DNA of 60,469 nucleotides, filler included, from Asterionella formosa (taxonomy: Eukaryota), in NCBI GenBank assembly GCA_002256025.1. It is 15 parts of 15 records of this genome, joined end to end, with 100 filler letters (N's around TTAATTAATTAA, not from the genome) between each part and the next. Parts side by side here need not be neighbours in the genome. Positions count along the whole stretch, not along the records: positions 24,269 to 28,205 come from NKIB01013815.1; positions 28,306 to 32,240 come from NKIB01013816.1; positions 32,341 to 36,275 come from NKIB01013817.1; 12 more parts are not named here. One strand, given 5' to 3'. A model generated the notes under the pieces. That model searched no databases. It was not told where the DNA came from and saw nothing but the letters and a program-made list of their open reading frames with translations. Shown here piece after piece: positions 24,269 through 34,830 of the stretch (the first letter of the stretch is position 1; each line of letters begins with the position of its first letter). The position numbers and the translations under genes are program-made.

Positions 24269-27200
24269 CTTCCTCGAGATGTAAATGATTCGATGTGTGT
24301 TACCGAATTCCACAAGCGGTTCAGCAGCTCGAGGCAAAGTAAGTTTCCAAACACTCCATGGACCCTGACGTTTGATGAGAGTTCGTTCTTGAAATTAGCG
24401 TCATATCATAATATAGGTAGGCATTGAATTAAATGAATCAAACGGAATATCAAGATCAGAATTCGAAAACAATCTGCACCACCAGTAAAACCCATAATTC
24501 TATTAAAACTTTTAGAAATGATTTCAATCGATATCTGTTACATTGTTGATCATATCTACAGCCTATTTGGTTCCTGAGGTATCCTTAAGGGATACAAGAA
24601 AGTTATAGAAAATTTCGGGATGCAATTTCAACAGTCTTGCTTATTAGAATTTTCCAGCCAGGAAGTGCCACAAGATGAGAAACAAAATCAGGTGGACAGA
24701 GGAGAGTTCGGAGTCAAGAATTGAGGGTACCAGACCATTCATCAGAGTCTGAAGAAATCGCAAAAGGCGCTAAATGAGTGGCAAAGGAAGGTTTACATAT
24801 GTTGAAGGCTCATGTCAAGGGCAAGTTCCAAGCCAGGGGAGGGAGCAATCATGCTTCTCATCATACCAACAAGAAGTCTATTTTTGACTACAATTATTAC
24901 CTCTGATTCACAAAGCAGGCATCTGATTATGAAAATACTACTGAATTCTTGATTAATTACATGAGGAAAGAATTCAACTATGGCAACATCATAGGAACTG
25001 CACTTGCATTATTAGAACCAATCATTGCATATTGGCATGGAAGCCAAGAATGCAGGTTAGCCTTGCAACTACAGATGAAGATTGCACTGCAGCAAATCAG
25101 CAATATGAAATGAAATTCAAGGCCAATTATGATGACTGTAGCAAAAGGGTACAGACCTATGAAAATAAAAATACCAATGCAAGTGCATTGCTCTGGGAAA
25201 GATGTAACAAGGCCATGAAAAATAAGATTGAAGTGAGATTGGATTACATGAAAATCAAGAATAACCTAATAACATTACTTATTGCAATTAAAGAACACAA
25301 ACCAAATAATCAGGAAAATCGATATTCAATGTCAATCATTTTTGATGCAATGAGAACGCTATTGACTACAAAGCAGAGAGGAGAAAGTCTACAAGATTAT
25401 ACAAAGAGGTTAGTACGTGTGGCACAACATGTGCTCAAGTTCCACATTGGGGGACCAATAATTCTTAACAAGTTTATCAAAGCCATGGAAGCAGGGTATG
25501 ACAAGACAGATATCAAGCTGCAAGATAAATTTTGTGAACAGGCTTTCAGCCAATTCCTGGCCTACTTATACCTTCTTGACAATGCGGATAAGACCAAATA
25601 TGGATCAATTCTGATAGGGCTTAATACTGCTCAAATTCCACATTGGGGGACCCATAATCCTAAACAAGTTCATTGAAACAATGGAAGGGTATGACAAGAT
25701 AGATATCAAGCTGCGAGATAAATTTTGTCAACAGGCTTTCAGCCAATTTCTGGCCTACTTACACCTTCTTGACAATGCTCATAAGACCAAATATGGCTAA
25801 ATTCTGACCTGGCCTAATACTCAAAAGTCGCTTGACAACGAGCAATACCCGAAGAGTATGATCACCAAGTCAAAAAAAGTATTGATGTAACAACCAAACT
25901 CAGCAGTCATAAGAATTCTGGGGATCATAGTTAAGATAGGGGAAAAAGGATGCAGGGAAGAAGGATGAAGATGTGAACTTGCCATTTGCACAACTAGAAG
26001 GAAATTTTCACTGCTGTGGAAGAGCAGGACAGAAGTCACTATTGTGTCTTGGGAAGAATAAACCCAAAGAGGAATGGGCAATCAACAAAGCTCAACAAAG
26101 ACATACACAGGCTATGACATCAGGCACAAGTACGGTTAGCTACCTCTGTTACTTCCAACCCACCATCACCACAATCTTCACAATAAGCAAATGTCAATCG
26201 AGGTGGATGGTGTGCGGGAGCTCATATCAAACTACAATTTTATCAAGAATCTGAGATGCATGACTGGATACTATTGGATAATCAATCAAGTATCACAGTC
26301 TTTTGCAGTCCAAAAATGGTTGAAAACATTCAAATTACTAGCAACGGAAGCATGGTGCACCTGGCCACAAACGGTGGATCCACGGTCACTTATATGAAGG
26401 CTGATCTTCCACAATGGGGAGAAGCATGGTTCAATGACCAGGCAATTACCAGCATCTTCAGTTATGCCGAAATGGCAGATAGGTACAGGATTACCTATGA
26501 CTCTGAAAAAGAAGATGCATTCATTGCTCATTTGCCTGACAAACCAGTTTGATTCGAAAGAATCAGAATGAATCTATATGTATTCAAGCCTCCTACATCT
26601 ATAAAGGCTGAAAATGCTCTAATGTTAAATACTGTTGATGAAAACAAAACTTTCTACATACAACGTCAATTTGAGAGAGCCAAGCAAGCTTGTGACCTAT
26701 ATCATGCATTGGGCAGCAGCACATCATCGATTAACTATTTGAAGTCAATACTTTATATGAATATGATCAATAACAAGCCTGTGACTACTGATGATATCAA
26801 CATTTCTGAGAAAAATTTCGGACCTGACATCGGCACACTAAAAGGCAAGACAACTCATCGCAAGCCGCTGCCAGTCATGGATGACAGACTATATACAGAT
26901 TCCAAAGGAGCTAATTAAGGCATAACACGAATTTGCTCTTTGCATGGATGGAATGAAATTGAATGAACGATCCCTTCTCAACACGATTTCGCGAAAAATT
27001 ATGTATATAGGACAGCGCAATGGTTCAAGAATCAGATGGCAGACATCTATCAAGATGCTTTGACTCAGGTATTCTGTGTGTTACAACACTGGAGGATTTA
27101 AAATTACAAAGATCCAATGTGACAACAAGTTTGGTCCTTATGAAAGTCACTATGAATTATGCCAACCCACAATAGCATGTTCCTGAAGCGGAATGCAAAA

Positions 27201-27480
27201 ATTGTGTGATCAAAGAAGGCGCACATGCAAGTTATCACCGATTACATTTCAAGCATTTGCCGCGGCTAATGATAGAGAGTTTAGTCACTGAATCTGCAAA
27301 GAAATTGAATTTCTTTTCGGCGATGAGTGGGATTTCCCCATACTTCAGTCCACGTGTGATGCTACATCAACAAAAAGGTTGGACTATGCTTGACATTGCC
27401 AATATGTATTTGGCACTTATGTGAACATGAGAAGCTCGACTGAAGCAGAATTGGCTGGTGTTGTTGATATTATATTGAAG
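24269..27480 (+). mobile_element. Heavily decayed diatom Copia (CoDi-like): LTR to 24633, gag, PR, IN, and an RNase H remnant after a large deletion
   Basis: ALLWERC.KAMKNKIE, WILLDNQSSITVFC, RQFERAKQA..LYHALG, FGPDIGTLKGKT, HVPEAE...VIKE, and RSSTEAELAGV near 27430. RT is missing. Confidence 0.8.
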
Positions 27481-27495
27481 GTGTTGTGTTTTAGT

Positions 27496-28060
27496 ATTAA
27501 ATTGAGTACTAAGGATATTGACGATGTCCAGCCACGCATCCAAGTCAGATCCAGACAGACCGTTTCCGACCCACCGTACCTACTACACTGTACAAACTGA
27601 GCAACAAACAGATGAAATAAACACAAGAAGTGACAATAAACGCATGGAGATAGACCAAAATGACTAAAATTCACACAACAGCATCATTAAATTGAGTAAG
27701 GCTATTAGCGATATCCAGGCATCCTAATCAGATCCAGACAGGCCGTTTCCGTTCCACCGTCGTACCTACACAGTACATACTGAACAACAAACAGATGAAA
27801 TAACCACAAGAATTGACAAGAAAATATTGGAGATAGACCAAAATGACCAAATTAACCCAACAGCATCATTAAATTGAGTAAGGCTATTGACGATGTCCAT
27901 GAATCCAAATCAGATCCAGACAGACCGTTTCCGTCCCAATAAACAACCTACACAATACATACAAAACAACAAACAGTTGAAATAACCACAAGAAGTGACA
28001 AGAAACTCATGGAGATAAACAAAATTACCAATTTCTACTCAACAGCATCATTGAGTTGAG
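27496..28060 (+). repeat. Tandem repeat, ~182-190-bp unit, 3 copies
   Basis: ATTAAATTGAGTA...TCAGATCCAGACAG.CCGTTTCCG...CAACAAACAG.TGAAATAA.CACAAGAA...GGAGATA.AC.AAA...CAACAGCATC starting at about 27496, 27686 and 27868. Confidence 0.9.
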
Positions 28061-29166
28061 GAATGCTCAGAAAAATTATAGGAAAGGCACAATGAAACAA
28101 ACAAAGACGACGAAATAATCCAGATTCTTGACCCACCTGCAAGATAATTGTTATTCATGGACCTGGCTATGAACAGTGATGGCAAAACTATTTACAAGAC
28201 TCCTGNNNNNNNNNNNNNNNNNNNNNNNNNNNNNNNNNNNNNNNNNNNNTTAATTAATTAANNNNNNNNNNNNNNNNNNNNNNNNNNNNNNNNNNNNNNN
28301 NNNNNAGAACAACCTAAACTAGATTAGTAAACTCACAATAAGAATATAGAAACGGAAAGAGAAACGAACGTCTCTATCTATAGTCTTCTTTGTCTAACGA
28401 TATAGATCTATACAAAAGGTAATACTTTAACAGCATGTTACAATCATTCTCGTGCGTTTGACGCTTGTTGTAAAATCTCTATGTATATTACCGTTATTCT
28501 GGCTGTCATGCAAAAAAATCTGCATTTTTAATGCCGAAAAATTCGATGTGCCCCATATTGCCCCTAAATAAAATATACTTGAGAACTTACTTAGAGCCTA
28601 AAAATTACTTAGAAGCACCCGAATGGCAATACGATAGCTAGAACGGGAATTGCTTACTTTTGCTTCGGGCCACCCCTTTATTGCCCAGTCATTGTCAATG
28701 TCGTTTTCAGCCATTTGCCTTGTTTTGACATTTCCACGTTTAGATCACATCATTATTCATGTCCCTTAAAAGTCGTGATACTGTTGATTCAAAGGGAGAG
28801 TTGATGACTTTCTATATTTATTCTCTTTTAGCGCCTGTCCTGCGTCACATTGGTTTTTTTTTTCAGCAAAATTAATGCAACTTGCAGGCAGGTACCAGGT
28901 ACCGGTATGTAATACCGGTAGTTTCCTACAGCTCTGACAGTATAGACTACCGCAGTACTAGGTACAGTAGTTGAGTATTGGGGTGTTTTGTTACCCATCT
29001 ATGATACCTGATATGTAGCCTTCCTTGTGTCAGTTGATACTGATGTGGTGAGAGTGTTGTTCGGGTACCTATGTTCACAACTTGTACTCCGTACATGTTT
29101 GATAGTAAACCAGGTCCTACATGGACACAATCACCTTTGGTTACTGAGTGATACAATGACGTGTCA

Positions 29167-29250
29167 CCCAGCCCAGCCCAGTCCAGTCCAGTCCAGGCCA
29201 GCCCAGCCAAGCCCAGCCAAGCCCAGCCCAGCCCAGCCCAGCCCAGCTCA
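29167..29250 (+). repeat. (CCCAG)n pentanucleotide microsatellite
   Basis: Read directly from the sequence. Confidence 0.95.
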
Positions 29251-29485
29251 GCTGCATCAACCAACACCAGTGTGATACTTACTTCCTACACAACTAGAAT
29301 ACCAGGTACACTGGTACCAGGTACGGTACCTGGTAGCCTGGTACGACGAATGAGGACATCATGCGAAGTGCTGACCTACAATTTTCTTGCTCATCATTTG
29401 TTGGAGTTCTGTCCTGACAAACGAATGAAAACATGATCGCCTTCAGCAATCAGACTCTTTGAGCACACAGTACTGTGAATACGAA

Positions 29486-30085
29486 ATGAGGTCACCACAG
29501 CGATGGAACGAAATAATCCTCATCCTACTGGGAATACTGATGTCATCCAATGCGTTCTTATCTCAGCGGCGAAAATTGACCGAACCACCAAGGTATTTGG
29601 GAATGTCCAACTTCTTTGATGACATTGGAAATTTCTTCAACAACATGGGCAATGGTAGCAATAATAATAAGGATGACTGCATGCCAACATCTATGAGACT
29701 CATTGAAATCTCTGCCGACAGGATCAAGCCTGGCGGTCTTCGACTTTTTCTCATGTTGTACCTGATGGGAATGCAAAATATTCCAGACCGACGCAGTTGG
29801 TCTGTGGATCAGCCGATCGGAGGATATGCTATTGATTGCCACTTTCACGACCGCTCTGCTGCTCTCATGATTCGTTTGACGAATGACACTCTAACGGTGG
29901 ATCGCAAGGGATTGACACCTTCCATGTCCTACATGATACAAGAGTCTGTGATTGTAAACGGGATACTAGATGAATTGTCGACATGTGCCTTCAACAAGGA
30001 AGTTGCAGATGGTGATCGATTGCTATTGCTATCAGATCCAAAAGATGCCATCGAAAGAGCCCGAGAGTCCCTTGCATTTCAATGA
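29486..30085 (+). CDS. Hypothetical protein, probably plastid-targeted
   Basis: Intact ORF. Signal peptide IILILLGILMSSNA followed by F (ASAFAP-like bipartite leader), a basic transit-like region, then a globular domain. Confidence 0.75.
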   Translation: MRSPQRWNEIILILLGILMSSNAFLSQRRKLTEPPRYLGMSNFFDDIGNFFNNMGNGSNNNKDDCMPTSMRLIEISADRIKPGGLRLFLMLYLMGMQNIPDRRSWSVDQPIGGYAIDCHFHDRSAALMIRLTNDTLTVDRKGLTPSMSYMIQESVIVNGILDELSTCAFNKEVADGDRLLLLSDPKDAIERARESLAFQ

Positions 30086-30394
30086 GGAGAAAAAACCCGA
30101 TGTAAACAGTTTTACCCGCTACTCTGCTCATCATCATCGTCCTCCTCGTCGCCATCATCTTCGTCTGTGTTGTCGTCGGCATGCTGTACAAATGTATTAT
30201 TATGATTTCCTCGAGGAGTGGTTCCCATGAATTCTCTCAACTCTTCCGGGACATTCATCATGTCATCATGGGTCGATGACGGTGTGGTTGGTGGATGGCG
30301 AATAGCGTATGACTTCACCAAACATTCAAGGGATCATGAGCTTAGTACTTTGCACATGCAGAGACGAGCGAAAACAAATTAAAGTAGCAATGAT

Positions 30395-31000
30395 TCAATC
30401 CAGGTCACTTACCATTTGCGCCGGTGGGTAGTATCCGCTGTGATGGTGAAACACTGGTGGTGGATGATGATATGGATTCATCCAGGCAGGTCGTGCATAG
30501 GGTTGATGATATTGATAGCCTTCATCGTCGTCCTCGTTGTCATCACCATCATTGTCGTACTCCGTGTGGTCCGTATCATCGTCACTGGCGACAACACTGG
30601 CTTCTGGCGGTGAAGGCAATGGATTTCTAATTGGTGCAGTAAATTTCAACTTGAGCTTTTTCTTGGGTGGACCGCGTTCCTCCTTTACTGCTGCTCGTTT
30701 GGGTGCAGCCTTACTCTTTTTTGTAACAGCGTCTTTGCTCGACGATGGCCTCTCCTCCAACTTGTTTTTGGTTTTAAATATTCGCTTCTTGACTACCTTT
30801 TTAGGTGCAATTGGTTTCTTCCAAACACTCGCGGAGACCAGGGTTCCTTCCGTGGTGAGATTGGCACAAATCTCTTCCATCCAATAACGACGTTGCGCCT
30901 TTGCAGCGTCGACGGCCTCCTTGGCTACAAGCACAGCCTGTGACAAGAGCTTGTGTACTTCTCGCCATGATTTTATCTTCTGTTCTGCTGTTGACGCCAT
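30395..31000 (-). CDS. Hypothetical Lys-rich/acidic, probably nuclear protein; a further exon may lie at 30112-30340
   Basis: Open frame from MASTAEQK with NLS-like PPKKKLKLK. GTAAGT donor at 30412. I could not resolve the acceptor for the downstream acidic ORF. Confidence 0.6.
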   Translation of the reverse strand: MASTAEQKIKSWREVHKLLSQAVLVAKEAVDAAKAQRRYWMEEICANLTTEGTLVSASVWKKPIAPKKVVKKRIFKTKNKLEERPSSSKDAVTKKSKAAPKRAAVKEERGPPKKKLKLKFTAPIRNPLPSPPEASVVASDDDTDHTEYDNDGDDNEDDDEGYQYHQPYARPAWMNPYHHPPPVFHHHSGYYPPAQMVSDLD

Positions 31001-31160
31001 GATGGTTTGTTTTAGAAGACTGTGATGGCATTCTTGTGGCGAAAACAACATACCGGTACACCGGAATGTATTTTGGCTGTTGACAAAAATACCGGGTACT
31101 TGGAATAGTATAATACTGGGGGTGTTTATAGGCAGTACAAAACTGAATGCAAGGTACCAG

Positions 31161-31250
31161 GCAAGTTGCGGTCATTTTGCTTAAACTAACATTTTAATCT
31201 GGGAAAAAGATAGCTAAGTCTTTAGTTTCAGCAAAATTACCGCAACTTGC
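31161..31250. mobile_element. ~90-bp MITE-like inverted-repeat element; partial copies near 268-340, 28855-28890 and 43388-43435
   Basis: GCAAGTTGCGGTCATTTTGCTTAAACTAA pairs with TTAGTTTCAGCAAAATTACCGCAACTTGC. Confidence 0.7.
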
Positions 31251-31932
31251 AAGTAATACGGAGTCCAGAGTACCAGGCACTTGCTACTGGTAGCATGTAC
31301 TGGTACTTGTACTGTAACCGGTACTGATATCGTATTGTTAACTGGTACTCCTACCCTGGTACGGGTACGGAGTACCTGATAGTAACAGGGTACCTGCTAC
31401 CGGTACCAGGTACAACCTAAAACAGAGAGTCAACGTTTAATTTGGTATTTCGAAGCGCGCACTAACAATTGAACAATGAGTTGAATTTCAGTTTTACCGG
31501 ACACTTCGACATTTACGTATGTCAGATATGATTTGGTACATACAATATATTCTACACAGGAGTGTACCACAGGACGGAATCCAGAATCCGTTCGTATGCC
31601 ATACTTGATGTCGAAATCAACAGAACGACATCATAAATAATATTTTTTATTTTTTATTTCTATCATATACATACCCGTAATTGGTAAAATTAAACCCAAG
31701 TTGTATTTTCCTGTAGGCCTCTGCTATGTGTCTACTGGATCATTTTAATACTGGCACGGTATTGATCTGAAAATACTAGTGGAAGCACCGTGTTACAACA
31801 GTATTTGCCAGTAGAAAAATTAAACCCGGTTTAACTGGGGGTTTAATTTTTTGGTTTAATTAAACCATAACTGTACGCATGATCATCGTAGGAATATACA
31901 CTGTACGAGTACATAAAATTAGCTATTACACT

Positions 31933-32065
31933 GTACTGGTACCACCTGGTACCTGGTACCGGTCGTACACACAAATTAAACCCCATCCTCATTCATTTAC
32001 TGGTACCAGGGTACCAGGTACCATTGGTACCTGGTACCTGGTACCTGGTACCTGGTACCAGGTAC
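31933..32065. repeat. (TACCWGG)n heptamer array; similar arrays near 21075, 29300, 36760, 40013, 43220, 43450 and 45822
   Basis: For example GGTACCTGGTACCTGGTACCTGGTACCTGGTACCAGGTAC. Confidence 0.9.
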
Positions 32066-32340
32066 TCGGTATTTCGGTATGCAGCAGCGGTAAGGAGAGG
32101 AAGGTGTGACTGAGATGGCTGGGACACCAACAGCAGGTGAAGGAGGGAAGTATGAGCTGCCAGTTTGTTTTTGGAACTATATACTTAGGATGTACTCCCA
32201 GAAGATCGAGATGCAATGTCGCCTAGTTTTGAAACTAAGGNNNNNNNNNNNNNNNNNNNNNNNNNNNNNNNNNNNNNNNNNNNNTTAATTAATTAANNNN
32301 NNNNNNNNNNNNNNNNNNNNNNNNNNNNNNNNNNNNNNNN

Positions 32341-32770
32341 CTTTTCCCATAGGTACCTATTTGTCAACATTGTTTGGGTCAATCTATTCTTGTTCCTGCA
32401 AGACCAGCAGAAGCAATTATCCCTTTACTTCTCCTCCCAAGAACCTTCATTTCTCTTTCACAATTGTTCTGATGATGTTTGCAGAGCATTTTTAGTTCCC
32501 TTGTTTTGATTTTCCCACTGGTTTCGATCCCTTTTGCATTCAAGTCAAGAAACAGCCAAGCAACTCATTGAGATTTCTGGAGGTCTCGGTCAGTGGCACC
32601 ATAAAGTAACAATCAACAGATCATGGCGGCTGTTCTACATTTTCTGTAGCAAGTGACATTCAAGAAGGGACTGGGATCATTGGGAAGAAAAATTAGTAGG
32701 ATTCTCTGTGTTTGCCCCCGCCGCCCGTTTGGCAGCCATTCTACCATTGCTTCCTCTCAATCAATACTAG
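32341..32770 (-). pseudogene. Degenerate DDE (IS630/Tc1-like) transposase fragment
   Basis: Minus-strand remnant EGSWEEKVKG*LLLLVLQEQE*IDP resembles the GW.GKPKG..QVLWERG.ID motif of stramenopile transposases. Confidence 0.45.
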
Positions 32771-33518
32771 TATAGCTAATGAAAACCGTAATTAGATGAA
32801 ATGTGACTTCCAGTTTCTAATATTTTACATTGTTGCACTAGTACTGTACTTGAATCCATAAATGGGCATTCAACTTGTGCTTGCTTCTTGCATTTTTGCA
32901 GTATAGACTGGCTGGTGGGCGATAGGCCAAGCAAAGTGTCTCGCTTTTCATGAACATCGACAAGGCACTAGTGCTTTTGTCGAGGTTTGTGTCTAAATCC
33001 AACTGCTGCCATCCATTGAAATATTCCAGATAAATCAAAGAATAGCTACGCTCCTGTCCTCAAAGGTAAGGAACTAGTACGATGACAAAGAAAATCCAAT
33101 GAGACATGAAAATTACGAAACCAGAATCACTCTGTTACTATAAATAGACGGAACAGTCTAATGCTTCTTTGTGCATATCGCCTGCTATGCTGCGTTTCAA
33201 TTGTAGATGTATTACGTTCTTGTTAGAGAGACGATGTTACGGAGAAGTATATTGTGCTGTTTTATAATGGATGTTGTTTACAAGCTATGATTGAGGTTGT
33301 AACACTGACCGATGCTCCAGTGACAGACCGGCCAGAAATATTCGTCTTGTGTGATGAGCCATTTCGTTTTCATTGGATTTCTTTTCAAGCTCTTAACGGA
33401 TTGCATAGTACGAACATACTGTGCAATGTAGATGATGAGGATTCATCGAAGACATATGATGACTTGAACGACAAATGAAGATTTTATCACAAAATCTCGT
33501 TCCTCTCAACATGGCTGC

Positions 33519-33792
33519 TTTGTCGTTGTTGCAAGAATCAGAGTGAGGACTGGAGATGATGATGAGCCAAACCACATTACTTTCACTGGTACATTCTCCT
33601 ACCAAGAAATTTAAATAAAGGAACCTTAAAGAAACAATGCATATAATAATTAAATTTCCATAGTCAAAAGGGTTACTATTTAAATTACGAGGGCATTTAT
33701 CACAATTATTTGATGATATAACGAAAAATTATGATCAAATGATCATAATCCTATGATGCATCATGGAAATATGATGGTTTTTATTTGCAGAC
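33519..33792 (-). mobile_element. GTCTGCAAATA-type terminus (copy of 7723-7996)
   Basis: Near-identical reverse complement of 7723-7996. Confidence 0.8.
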
Positions 33793-34248
33793 GACAAAGG
33801 CATCATAAGAATGAATATCTCCACGAAAAATCTCAATAAAGCCTAACTAACATAGACGAGGGAATCCACAAATAAAAATAAGATTTGCATTAATATTCAC
33901 GACAAAAATTGAAATCGCCGCTAGACTGCATTTTCGTCAGCGTTTGATATTTTATCATGTGTATTATAACATAAATTGTTGTAGTCATAACCCCAACAAA
34001 ATTTGTCTTTGTGTCTTACAAATTTGGTAACTCTGGTTTGCACCGGGAAATATTTTTGTGAAGTTTTAGAAATATCAGCGCAATATATAAATAAACGAGT
34101 ATTCATGTATGACTACATATAATTTACCTGAATAATTCAAGACTTGCGGGCTCATACCCGAACCGGCCTGCTCTAGCTAAAAAAGGTATCCATATACATG
34201 CCTACCGGTACCTAAACTCATCAATAATCCTTAAGATATTCTTGGTAT

Positions 34249-34830
34249 ATGTTCACCAATCGTCGTCCAGAAGGGAGAACAGAGATTGCGTCTGTTCCTC
34301 TCCAAGGTTGCTCGAATGACAACAAAGACAAGATAGACCAAGTAACCGATCTTCTTGTGTTGCTAGCCGCTGCAAGCGGTCCTAAGCAAGATGCTGCAAT
34401 TCGAGCTCAACTCTTTTTTGACCACATGAAAGATTTTGATTATATTGTTCCCAACGCCATGAGTTATAAAATGTTAGTCAAGGCATATGCGAAGAATGAA
34501 GGTGACGACACTCTTGACTCAATTTTCAATCTTGTCGAAGAAGCGTACTATGCCAACGGAGTTTTTCTGGATTCTATGTTTCAGTGGTGGAATATGGTCT
34601 TCGTCATGTTTCGGGTTGCGTGGGGTAGCCGAGAAAAATGACCAGGTAAAAAGAAGAAATATGATGATGAGACACTCAGTATGATCGTAGTTGCAAATAT
34701 CTATGATGCATTGATCAACAGCGTATCAAGAGGGGTGAAATTGATGCTCCTATACTTGCTGAAGAAATGTTGATTTTAATGGAAAGCAAAGCTGCAAATG
34801 GCAACAACATCTTTAAACATATCCTGGAGT
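34249..34830 (+). pseudogene. Pentatricopeptide-repeat (PPR) protein fragment, frameshifted
   Basis: AQLFFDHM....VPNAMSYKMLVKAYAK, followed out of frame by YDALINSVS...DAPILAEEMLILMES. Confidence 0.55.

Noticed and set aside
28947..29436. ORFs with LGWAG/PAQPS repeats, and VPGTWY-type ORFs elsewhere
   Set aside because: Translations of the (CCCAG)n microsatellite and the (TACCWGG)n arrays.
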